Assembly (NCBI RefSeq): GCF_018350175.1
Contig: NC_058368.1
Coordinates: 225,496,001 to 225,560,000 of the forward strand
Direction of reading: 5' to 3'
Source: Felis catus
Taxonomy: Eukaryota
DNA: 64,000 nt
Shown here: positions 36,763 to 47,789 of the stretch, piece after piece
Layout: the number at the start of each line of letters is the position of its first letter
How positions within the stretch are numbered: position 1 is the first letter of the stretch
Position numbers and translations under genes: made by a program
Notes under the pieces: generated by a model
The model's database searches: none
Seen by the model: the letters and a program-made list of their open reading frames with translations, nothing else
Told to the model about the DNA's origin: nothing

Positions 36763-38345
36763 AGCAATAAAGTATTTTTAAGTCAAGTTACATACATTGC
36801 TTTTTTGTTTTAGACATAATGGTGTTCCACACTTAATAGAGTACATACACTATAGTGTAAACTTTTATATGCACTGGGAAACCAAAAAAATTCACTTGAC
36901 TTGCTTTATTGTGGTGGTCTGGAACCGAACCCACAGCATCTCCCTCTGGGCTGTGCCTGTACTGGACAGAAGCACAGGCAGCAGATGTGGCTGGGCTGGA
37001 GAGGTGGGCCAGGCCCTTCCGGAGTGGGCAGTGTCGATGGCAGGCCGCAAGGTGCCTCGGTATTGGTGGTGGAGCAGGGAGCAGGCAGGAGGCACTCGGG
37101 ACAGGCTGGGCGTGAGTGAGCTCAGCCTGGTTGAGATCTGAGAAGAGTCCAGAGGAGGCCGGAGGGGGAGGCAGGGGCCCGGATGTGCACAGTCCCCATA
37201 GGCCTCAGGAGGGATTGTGTCCAAATGAAAAAGGCATTTCAGCAGGGAAGGGATGTGTGTTTAAAAGGGTCACTCTGTCTTCCTGGTGGCACATAGGTTG
37301 TAAAGTGTCAGGGCTGGGTGTGGGGCCTGGCGTGGGGGCCTGGGGTGGGGGGGGGACGGTGAGAACAGATGGCCTGCTGGGCCTTGTCCCCACGTTTGGA
37401 AAGGCCAACTTGCCTCTTGGAGCTGCTCACCTCCCTGCTGGGTGTTGGGGCGAATTTACAAGTTTTTCTGCAGTCTGTCTGTCTTCACATCCCTACACGC
37501 CAGGCTCCAGGGTCGTTTTTACGGTTGCTAACCTATAGCTCCTGGAAACCCCAATTCACACATTTGCCTTACCCTGCCCTCATTACACCGGCAAGACTCT
37601 GTCGTCTTTTTGCTCTCCTGTTTAAAAAATCTGGTCGTGGAAGGAGGCGAGGGCAGTTTTGGGTGAAAGCACATACTTCCTACTGCTTGATGCGTAATTA
37701 ATTGTCTAGCTTTATTTGTTTTAACTCTAAGCCCCATAGTAACTCCGATAATGAGCTGACATGTGCATTTAAGAGTTCAAGAATTTAGAAAGCGTTGCTG
37801 TTGAAATCGCTGTGAGTTTTGGATTCGGGTAAACAGATATGTTTTTCTTCTTCCCTTTGGTTAAAAAAAAAAAAAAAGAAAAAAGTCACAGGGCAATTTG
37901 TGTACCAAGTTCTCTAGAACTTTTAAATCATCTTATACACTGGGCATGTAGACTACCTTCTTAGAGTGATCGTATTACCTCCTTATTTCAGAAGTAGAGA
38001 GAAAAAGACCGTTCCGCCCATGTCTCCAGGTAGTGTTGTGCTAAGGTAGGTGCGGGGGTTGGGGGGGGCAGGCGATATGACGAATGATTCATACATACCC
38101 TTGCTGGTTGTCGCTGGGGAACGTGTGTCCGTATGCTCCCTAAAACGGGAGGAAGCAAACAAACAGAAGACCTCGCATTCATGTCTTTGTACATATGCCG
38201 CTATCTTGGCTCACAAAATGACAGGTCTAGAGTCTAGAACTGCATCGTCCAGTTCCTTAGCTTCTAGGTACAGTCGGCCAGTGGGCAGTGGGAGTGTGGC
38301 TGTTCTGAACTGAGATGTGCAGTGAGTGTAAAATACCCTCTAGAC

Positions 38346-38479
38346 GGGTGCCTAGGTGGCTCAGGCCATTGAACGTCCGACTTTGGCTCAGGTCATGATC
38401 TCCCGGTTCACGGGTTCAGGCCCTGCCTTGCCCGGAGTCCGCTTTGGGTTCTCTTTCTCCCTCTCTTTCTGCCCCTTGC

Positions 38480-38511
<32 letters not shown>

Positions 38512-38541
38512 AAAAACAAACATTAAAAAACAATTTTTAGA
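38346..38541 (+). mobile_element. Can-SINE with an internal deletion
   Basis: TSD TAAAATACCC(T/A)CTAGA. Confidence 0.92.
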
Positions 38542-38563
38542 TAAAATACCCACTAGAGTTTGT

Positions 38564-38736
38564 GGGGCGCCTGGGTGGCTCAGTCAGTTAAGCATCCAAC
38601 TTCAGCTCAGGTCATGATCTCACCGTTCATGAGTCTGAGCCTCAAGTTGGGCTCTGTGCTGACAGGTCAGAGCCTGAAGCCTGCTTCGGATTCTGTCTGT
38701 CTGTCTGTCTGTCTCTCAAAAAATAAACATTAAAAA
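38564..38736 (+). mobile_element. Can-SINE
   Basis: Perfect TSD AAAATACCCACTAGAGTTTG. Confidence 0.94.
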
Positions 38737-38890
38737 AAAATACCCACTAGAGTTTGAGAATTAGTATGGAAAAAAGAATGTAAACTATCTTGTTAGTACA
38801 TTGTTTGTACGGATCACATGTTGAGGTGACACTATTTGTATCTATGGGGTTAAATAACACTGCAAAAGGCAATCTTATGTGTCCGTTTTT

Positions 38891-39147
38891 TTCTTTTTCT
38901 TTTTCTTTTTCTTTTTCTTTTTCTTTTTATTTTTATTTTTTTTTCAACGTTTATTTATTTTTGGGACAGAGAGAGACAGAGCATGAACGGGGGAGGGGCA
39001 GAGAGAGAGGGAGACACAGAATCGGAAACAGGCTCCAGGCTCTGAGCCATCAGCCCAGAGCCTGACGCGGGGCTCGAACTCACGGACCGCGAGATCGTGA
39101 CCTGGCTGAAGTCGGACGCTTAACCGACTGCGCCACCCAGGCGCCCC
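38891..39147 (-). mobile_element. Young feline Can-SINE (SINEC_Fc type) with a (TTTTTC)n-patterned tail
   Basis: CpG-rich body; TSD TTATGTGTC(C/T)GTTTTT. Confidence 0.96.
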
Positions 39148-39692
39148 ATTATGTGTCTGTTTTTAATGAAAAACAAAACAAAACAAAACAAAACAACGGG
39201 GTTGCTAGAAAATGTAAACTTCCACACGTGGCTTGCATCTTTTGTGTTGGGGGACATCGGTCTGAAGATGGGCTTACCAGGACGCAAGACGGGCTCCTAG
39301 AGACCCGCCGAGCAGCCGGCCGGCAGGCACCTCCTCAAAGTTTTCTCCCTGGAGCCCTTTCAGCTGCTTGTGATGACTGCTGGTACTGTCCCCCCAGGGA
39401 GGGCCCCGCCGCTTCCTTTGTGACTTTGCTCAGCAGCTCCCGGGGTCCCTTGCCTGTTTCTCTCCCGGCCTGCAATCGATGACAGCCACAGGACACGCAT
39501 ACTGGGAGGTCATCTCTTTGGCACAAAGAGAGCTCAAGGAGTTCTTGAGATTAGTGGGGTCTGCAGAGTTTTAGCGACCCTCTTGAGATGTCGGATAGCG
39601 TTTGGGGGGATGCCTGCGAGATGGTTCTGACTACTGTGTCAGCCACCTAGGCGGTTTTGTCCGGGCTACTTTTCTGTGATCCGCTGAGATTT

Positions 39693-39915
39693 GTTTTTTT
39701 GTTTTTTTGTTTTTTAATTTTTTCTGTTTGTTAGTTTCGACAAAGACCGTGTGCGCAGGGGAGGGGCAGAGAAAGAGGGAGAGAGAATCCCAGGCGGGCT
39801 CCTTGCGGTCAGCGCCAGAGCCCGACATGGGGCTCGACGTCACGAACTGTGAGACCGTGACCTGAGCCGAAATCCAGAGTCAGATGTTTAACCGACTGAG
39901 CCACCCGGGTGCCCC
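39693..39915 (-). mobile_element. Can-SINE
   Basis: Reverse-complement SINE with a diverged TSD. Confidence 0.92.
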
Positions 39916-42900
39916 TCCGGCTGGGATTTTTCAACAAACCTCCTCGGGAGCTTTTTCTGTCGAGGGAAGAGGTTTGAACCCGTTTGTGTTTGCCCTTCCA
40001 AATTGCTAGAGCTCGTAGCCCATGGCAGGGTGGCCCCAGCAACAGCTGGCACTCTGTATTGCCTGTAATTTGGGGCCTTGGAGGTAAGTGGTCGCTTCTC
40101 TAGATTTCCAGTGTCTGTGGACCAACCTCTGTGGCATCTGTATGGGGAACAAGGGAGTTTGGATGGTACCATTTAAGATGCCTTCCGGTTTGCCTGGTGT
40201 CATTAGCAGGGGAGGACAGCGCATGGGCATTCTGTGGAAGCCTGTAGGGGGGACCCGTTGCCACTTGAAAAGCTGAGCTGTGGGCTTAAACACTGATTTA
40301 ATGGGATTTATCCAGGGAAGCTGGTTTCATGCCCCCGGGGGAGGCGTTTTGCATTATGTCTTGGGTATGATGATAGAGGAGTATTTGTGGAGTCCCTAAG
40401 TAAATGCTAATAGAGGACGGTTTTTTTAGGTGATGTTTAGCCAGCCGGCTGTGTTATAGGTGCAGTTTTGTGGGGACTTCTAAAATAGCTCTTAAATGAC
40501 ATGTTTTGAAAAGTGACTTTCAGCTAATTTCAAAACAAACACTTGGATCGCAGCGGACGTTAATTATTGAGTAAATGAATACTGCGGGGCCAGGGGGTGG
40601 CGGGGCGGGGGGTGCATGCCAGCATCGTGTAGTAAATTATTCAGGAGCGATGCGCTCCATGTGTGGACAGGGTATGTATGTTAACTCACCTCCTTATTTC
40701 CTTCCTCTCTCTCTGTCTCCTGCTCTTCCTTCCTGGTTTTGCTTAGACCTAATGGTTTCCCTGCTAGGAGTAGCTATCTTGGATTGGTGGTTTTGAACCC
40801 AGTGCTCTGAAGCTGATGTTTTGCTTTGCATGGGGTTCCAAAGAGAGCCCCAAGCGTTCCCTCGGAGCCAGACCAGGTTTGAGAGCCACCGAAGTGGTGA
40901 ATTTGGGAGGGGGGAGGGAAGGGAAGGAGCCCTCGTTCCTTTGGGTGACCACCTATCCTGCTGAGGACTAGCCCGGCAAAGGAGCGCTTCCTCACCCCCC
41001 CTGGGCCCAGAAGCCCCAATGGTGGGGCCTCCGAAGACGCCAGCTGTGCACATCTGGAGCTGGTCCCTGGGCACTGTCCAGGTTTACGAGCTCCACGGGT
41101 GTTTGATTCTGCTGTAAAGTCAGAGGTGAGAGCCTCCCTTCTGCACAGTTTTCTGTCTCACGAGGGTTTACTGGAAGTTGGCTTGGCCACTGGTGTTTGT
41201 GGCACCTGATTCGTGGGCTTTCTCTCTGCCTGTGGTTCCCTTCCTTCGTGAGCCGGTGGAGTGGAGGATGGGCTCCATTCTTCCAAGAAGGGCAGCCAGG
41301 CCAGGGGGACTGGGGGCCAGGGGATGGTCTGCAGTTGGGCTTGGGAGCAGCATCCTGCCTCAGCTGACCTCCTGCCGGCCCTGCTTAAACCTCCTTCCCG
41401 TCCTGCTCTGTTTTATAAGAGGAGCCCCTGTGCCTGGGGTTCACCATTGAGGGGTTTTATTGCATGCATGACCTTGCTTCCGGCCATGAGTCAGGCTTTT
41501 TACTGGGTGAGGTGGTTGGGGGAGGAGTGCCTGAATTGTGGCTGGAATGGTTCTAGAAGGCTGGAGCGGGGGTGGGGGGGGCTGTTGGACTCCATCCCTA
41601 GGAGGTGTCTTCTGGTCTCTTGCTGGGAAACCTCTCCTTTGCTGGGATGAGCCTCTTCTTCCCGCTGGTCGGTTGTGGCTGCCTGGGTGTGGAAAGGGGG
41701 GCATAGGGCCTTCATCTGGACCAGACAGGGCCTGGCATCCAGGAGTCAGGGATAAAGCTGACGAGAAGCCAGGAGAAACAGAGAGGAACGTTCCTTTAGC
41801 TTCAGGACCCAGGGCTTTGTGTTACCTGCCCCGATGGGATCGGGCCAGATTTGTCCGGCCGGCCTCAAACTTCAGCCCACCCTGGCCTGGCTTAGTCTCA
41901 TCTACCCCAGTGGGGGGTCTTAACTGCAGGGCATGCCCCGCCCCCCCACTTCTGTCGGCCTGTTGATTCTGCTCAAGGACGTCTTGAGAATTTCCAAGTT
42001 TTGGAGAGTCTTTTGAAGGGAGGGGGGGATTCAAAGTCGATACCTCAAAATGACTTGGCTGCTGTATTGTTTTGTTTCTTGTTTTTGTAAGAACATAGTT
42101 GGAAGAAAGTCTGTTGCGTTTGTGAAACAATGTTACTTGGCCTACATTTTATTGGTAAGCGGGGAGGTAGTTTTAGTCCTTTGCGGTTTCTAGAGCTTTG
42201 CTCGGGAGAGTCTGAGATTTTATTTTTTCTTGGGCCGGACAAAGGTGAATGCCTTCTTTGTTCAGTTGTGTGGGGCTGTTAATAGTTTCTGGACGGAGAT
42301 TAAGTAGAGCGGGTAAGCCACTTTGCATTGTCTTAGCCTACACTGGCGCTTGGCTGATTTGCAGAAAATTGCCCTTTCACCTTGGTTTGCACCTGCCTTA
42401 GGGGAGTCCATCCAGTTCTTCGCCCACGGGAGGCCTGCTTCCTTTGTCAACACCCCCCTACCCCAAGTGCAGGTTCCGTGTATACATCCCCGGATGAGTC
42501 CTTATGGCATCAAGCTTAAGGTTTCTATTTAAACTTTGTCCCCCTTGGACTGCAAGCTTCTGGAAGTAACCTTAGGACTGTGACTCTGGCCCCCCATTAT
42601 TGTTGCTCACTCGGAGGGTGGCCCCTTCTCTTCATGGGGAATTTCTGGTTATGCGCTCACCTTCATTGTCAGGTTAGCTGGTTTAATCCCCACAGTGACC
42701 TGGGAGTTGGGTTCCTCTTCTATCGAGGAGGAAATGGAAAGCCACAGAGGTTTAATTTGTTGCAAGCCACGTGGCCAAGATGCAGGAAAGCCAGGATTCC
42801 CATTGAAGCAGTTGGACCCCCTGGATTGAACCATTGTTGGAAACCACCGAACTCCAGCCCAACCACAAGAAAAACCCCCAACCAAGGAATATTCTACAAA

Positions 42901-42945
42901 ATACCTGACATGCACTCCCCAAAACTGTCAAGGCCATTAAACAGG

Positions 42946-43116
42946 GGATAGAACGCGAGCAGCGGAGGGGCAGAGAGGCAGACTCGGATTCCGAAGCAGG
43001 CTCCAGGCTCTGAGCTGTCAGCACAGAGCCCGAGGCGGGGCCTGAACCCACGGACCACGGGATCATGACCTGAGCTGAAGCTGGATGCTTAACCAACTGA
43101 GTCACTGAGGCGCCCC
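42946..43116 (-). mobile_element. Can-SINE, tail missing
   Basis: Body and head present; no T-rich tail. Confidence 0.88.
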
Positions 43117-43325
43117 AGAAATTGATTTAAAACAACAGTTAAAACCACACATCCCATTCCATTCCACAACTTGTCTGGCTTGTCACACTGTAGGTGCCCT
43201 GGTGTCCTCATGCCTCACTGGTCCTCACGGTCAGGTGCACAGGCCCACGTCCTTGGAAGAGCATCTCCTTCAACTTGTCCTGAATTACCAGTGGCATTGC
43301 CGTTGGGTTGTTAGACATGCTGCCT

Positions 43326-43337
43326 TGTTCTTGTTGT

Positions 43338-43373
<36 letters not shown>

Positions 43374-43496
43374 CTCAAGCATGCTTCCCGCCCAGAGCAG
43401 AGCCTGAACCAGGGCTCAATCTCACAACCCTGAGATCATGACCTGAGCTGAAATCAAGAGTCAAATTCTTAACCGACTGAGCCACCTAGGCACCCC
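43326..43496 (-). mobile_element. Can-SINE with (GA)n
   Basis: TSD CATGCT(G/A)CCTT. Confidence 0.9.
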
Positions 43497-43745
43497 ATGC
43501 TACCTTTCTTAATAAGTGTCATTCTGTTTCCCAGATCTCTGTGGAACCCAAGAAGATATTGAATATGGAGAGAAATGAAAATGCCTTTGGTATAGGAGAG
43601 AAATAATTTTATTTAGAGAAAATCTCAGTATATAGCAAGTAGAACAAATACAGGCACTTACGTGATTTAAAAATGTTTCTGGCCTCTTCAGCCTCCACCC
43701 CCATCACTCTCCTGGTGGGTGTAGTTTGTCTTGATAAGTTATTTT

Positions 43746-43973
43746 TATTCTCTTCTAATTAAAAAAATTTTTTAATGTTTATTTTTAAGAGAGAAAGAAC
43801 ATACGTGAGGGGAGGGGCAGAGAGAAAGAGAGAGGGAGACACAGAATCTGAAGCAGGCTCCAGGCTCTGAGCTGTCAGCACAGAGCCCGATGCGGGGCTT
43901 GAACTCAGGAACGGTGAGGTCATGACCTAGACCGAAGCTGGGCGCTTAACCAGCTGAGTCACCCAGGCACCCC
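43746..43973 (-). mobile_element. Can-SINE
   Basis: TSD TTGATAAGTT. Confidence 0.94.
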
Positions 43974-44969
43974 TTGATAAGTTACTTTTAAGTCTTTTGC
44001 AACTGAAAAGCATCCAAAGTTGTAATTTTGGAGAAAAGGTTGGTTTACGTGGTTAAACTAGGCCTGCACGTTCTTAGATTCTCTAGCAAGGCTTTCCAAA
44101 GCCAGTTGTGAAAGCAATATGATGGCTGAAAGCCACCCTAGATGTGACCCGAAGGTGCCTGCAAGGCCCCAGATGTAGGTGCTGCCACGATGGGTCAAAG
44201 AGCCCCGTGGCTTTGGAGCGTTTCCGTAAGCCATGTCAACGCCATCCCGTGTCCTCTCGTACCCTGTGTCACAGACAAGCTGGATGGTCCCTCAGCTCAT
44301 TCACGTCTGAGTCCACACCTTCTAGGGAGCATCCAGTGGGGTTTCTCAGACTTTGTACTGAAACCCTCTGCGGTCCATCATGTCTGTGAACAGCACTGTT
44401 CTAGCAGATGGCGCGTGCATTTGCTGGGCACTGGGCAGAGCACTCGGGTAGGGTTTTCAATTGAGAGCGAATTAATGAATTCTTCATCCTCCCTGAGGAT
44501 GTCCAGCCCTGTTGCAGGTGCTGGAGATTCAACAGCAAGTAAAACCAACCCATTCCTGCCTCCTGTTCATACTCATGACCTAAATCCTGTCCTACATCAA
44601 ACAGTCAAAGCACTGAAATAACTATGGTTTTGATGTTCTGGGGAAAGCATATAAAACCCGGTTGTGGTCATCTGCGTAAGTTTCTTGTTGAGTCAATTGC
44701 CTTCTGGATGTCTCCCGAAAGTCATGACATTCATGCATTTACAAAGATGGCAACTGATACCTCTCTGTGAAAGCTACTCAATGAAAAGCAGTTGTAAACC
44801 GAAAAGGCTTTCTTGACGTATGTATGGGGTGAGGGAGGCCGGGGGTGTAGATGGCCGTGGGGTAGTTGGATCCAGGGAGGGAATGAAGTCAGAAGTGATT
44901 CCGCCTGGATTTCTGGTTGGCCTTTCTTCCTCTCCTCTTTGATTTGCCACGTAATTCCCATTTCCTACA

Positions 44970-45685
44970 ATCCACCTTCTGAAGCACACAATTCAGTGGT
45001 TTTTAGCATGTTCACTAATGACTCGTGCAAGTACGTTAGTATATATTAATACTAGCATATACGAATACTTGCACAACCGTCACTGCTGATTCCAGAAGGT
45101 TTTCACCACCCACAAAAATAAAACAAACCCCCAAACCCCCACGTGTATTAGCTATCCCTCCCCAATCCCAGTCGCTACCTTCACCCAGCCTTAGGCAGCC
45201 AGCCGCCTGCTTTCGACGTCCATGGATTTATCTTCGGGACATTTCACGGAAATGGAATCGGGCAACGTGTGGTCCCTTGTGGCTTCTTCCCCTTGGCACG
45301 ATGTTTTCGGGCCTCATCCACGTTGTAATGTGATCCTTTGCATCACTGAACGATCTTCCATTGAATGGATGGGGCACACATCGAAAAATCTTTTCATCAG
45401 TTGATGGGCTATGAGGGTTATTTCCACTTTGGGGCTGTCGTGAATAAGGCTGCTGTGGACACGCGTATACAGGTTTTGATGTGTGCACGTATATTTTCAT
45501 TTCGCTTGGTTATATGCCTCAGAGTGGGATTCTTGGGTCATACGGAAGCATTATGTTTACCCTTTGGAGGAACTGCCAGTCTTTTCCAGAGCAATTGTGC
45601 CATTATGCCTTTTGACCAACAGCGTATGTGGGTTCTAGTTTCTCTGAATTCTTGCCAATATATAATCTGCCTTTTTGATTGATTG
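44970..45685 (-). mobile_element. Old L1 (L1MB/ME-like) 3' region
   Basis: ACAATTCAGTGGTTTTTAG, TTCCAGAAGGTTTTCACCACCC, TTTCCACTTTGGGGCT, TTTGGAGGAACTGCCA motifs in collinear order. Confidence 0.8.
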
Positions 45686-45705
45686 AAATTATTTAAAAAA
45701 AATTT

Positions 45706-45921
45706 GGGGGGGGGCGCCTGGGGGGCTCAGTCAGTTAAGCATCCGACTTCGGCTCAGGTCAGGATTTCACAGTCCGTGAGCTCGAGCCCCGTGTCGGGCT
45801 CTGTGCTGACAGTTTCAGAGCCTGGAGCCTGCTTCCAATTCTGTGTCTCCCTTTCCCTGACTCTCTCCCATTCATGCTCTGTCTCTCTCTGTCTCAAAAA
45901 TAAATAAACATTAAAAAAAAA
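45706..45921 (+). mobile_element. Can-SINE inserted in the tail of the following SINE
   Basis: TSD TTAAAAAAAATTT (45693-45705, 45922-45934). Confidence 0.94.
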
Positions 45922-45934
45922 TTAAAAAAAATTT

Positions 45935-46157
45935 TTAATGTTTATTTTTGAGAGAGAGTGAGAGCGTGCACGCTTGTAAACCAGCGCGAGCATAAGTGGG
46001 GGAGGGGCAGAAAGAGAGGGAGACACAGAATGCGAAGCAGGCTCCAGGCTCTGAACTGTCAGCACAGAGCCCGATGCGGGGCTCGAACCCATGAACCGCG
46101 AGATCATGACCTGAGCTGAAGTCGGACGCTTAACCGACCGAGCCACCCAGGCGCCCC
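45935..46157 (-). mobile_element. Can-SINE
   Basis: Near-consensus reverse-complement body. Confidence 0.94.
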
Positions 46158-47236
46158 GATTAGATTCTTTTTTTAAGCACCTCTTAATTCAGGAAGTATG
46201 ATTGTATGAAAAATAGCTTTTTTGAAATTTAACAAAATTCTGCAAAGGAATCACTGTGTGTGCCACAGAAGTGAGAGATAGCTGTTTTAAGTTTATTTAT
46301 TTCCTACTGTGTTCTTGGTTTATTTGTTTTTAGGAAATGCTGACAAAGTCCTGTTCCAAGTAAGTTGGAGGGGTTTTCTTCCCCCTAAAAATAGATAGCA
46401 GCCAGGACAGGATTTCATTAAGATGATCCTATCAGTTTTTATCTGTAGGTTTGTTTGTTTTTTTTTAATTATTCTGGTCAAGATTAGGAAAGGGCCATAA
46501 ACTCTAGGGAATAAGTGGTAAAGGATGTCTGGTATTCTATTCCATGAAGAGTACAAGCGTCTTGTGATGGTCTCTTATTACCCCTTCTGTTCTGTATCTC
46601 CTCCTGTTTCCACTGGAAGGAAGAATGGAATTTAGTTTTAAGTCCCTTAGGGAGGATTCCTCAGTAGTGTTTGAGAGTTCTTAGCACCAGAACAGTTTTC
46701 TGCATTTTATAAAATCTACGCGTCCTTTCTTCCATTTGCTCCTTTGTCTCTCTTGTCTTGGTCTCCTTGTAATTATTATTTCCTTTGGAAGAGAGTCGAT
46801 GGGGAAGGTATTAGAAAAGGAAAACTTTCTCTTGGATACATTGTAAGCTCTCGGGGGCAGCAGCGATTTTGTTTCTGCTGAACCTTTCATAGTGCCTGGT
46901 ACATAATAGGGGCCTCAAAAGATGTTTATAGGGTGAATGGACTTGTGGGTGGGTGGATGGATGGATGGCCTTATGGATTAAGTGACTTATAGATGGATGA
47001 ATACATTTCAGATGTATTAACTGCTTAGCGCTGGTTTGTTTTCTTTTAAACGTGTATTGGCTGTGTGATAAACGATTAACTAACAGATGGACTAGTTTGA
47101 TTTTTGTTCCTTGGATTCTCAGTGTTTGAGATTAGCTCAGCAACTTGGAGATGTCTCATTACCCTCAGATTTAAATGGTTTCTGAGATAATTTCGAGTCA
47201 CTGTAGTTTAAAAGAGCAACCGAAAAGCCATTTTAA

Positions 47237-47344
47237 GGGGGTGCCTGGCTGGCTCAGTCACGAGAGCGTGCAACTCTTAATCCTCAGGGTCATGAATTCT
47301 GTCCACGTGTTGTGTATGAGAGATTGCTTAAAAAATAAAATCTT
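47237..47344 (+). mobile_element. Short older Can-SINE
   Basis: GGGGTGCCTGGCTGGCTCAGTC..CAACTCTTAATCCTCAGGGTC..AGAGATTGCTTAAAAAATAAAATCTT. Confidence 0.85.
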
Positions 47345-47576
47345 GGGGCACCTGGGTGGCTCAGTTGGGTAAGCGTCCGACTTCGGCTCAGTTCATGATC
47401 TCACTGTTCGTGAGTTCGAGACCCGTGTCAGGCTCTGTGCTGACAGCTCGGATCCGGGAGCCTGCTTGGGATTCTGTGTCTCCCTGTCCCTCTCTGCCCC
47501 TCCTTCACTCACACTCTGTCTCTCTCTCTCTCTCTTTCTCTCTCTCAAAAATATTAAATTTTTTTTTATTAAATCT
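47345..47576 (+). mobile_element. Can-SINE
   Basis: Second element of a tandem triple. Confidence 0.93.
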
Positions 47577-47789
47577 GGGCGCCTGGGTGGCTCAGTCGAT
47601 TGGGTGTCTGACTTCAGCTCGGGTCATGATCTCACAGTCCATGAATTCGAGCCCTGCGTCGAGCTCTGTGCTGACAGCTCGGATCCTGGAGCCTGCTTGG
47701 GATTCTGTGTCTCCCTCTGTCTCTGCCCCTCCCCTGCTCATGCTCTGTCTCAAAAATAAATAAAAACATTAAAAAAAATTAAATTAAAA
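47577..47789 (+). mobile_element. Can-SINE
   Basis: Third element of a tandem triple. Confidence 0.93.

Larger units (their letters stand above)
35760..36959 (-). mobile_element. Internally deleted Tigger1-derived element (Tigger1a-like), interrupted by a SINE
   Basis: Both Tigger1 termini (GCATACCTCGCTTTATTGCACTT...GGTCTGGAACCGAACCC..TGCCTG) flanked by TA. Confidence 0.82.
38255..39262 (-). mobile_element. MER33 (hAT-Charlie) fossil split by three SINE insertions
   Basis: CTGAGATGTGCAGTGAGTGTAAAATAC / TTAGTATGGAAAAAAGAATGTAAA / GCTAGAAAATGTAAA..GTGGCTTGCAT are collinear with the recalled MER33 reverse complement. Confidence 0.8.
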
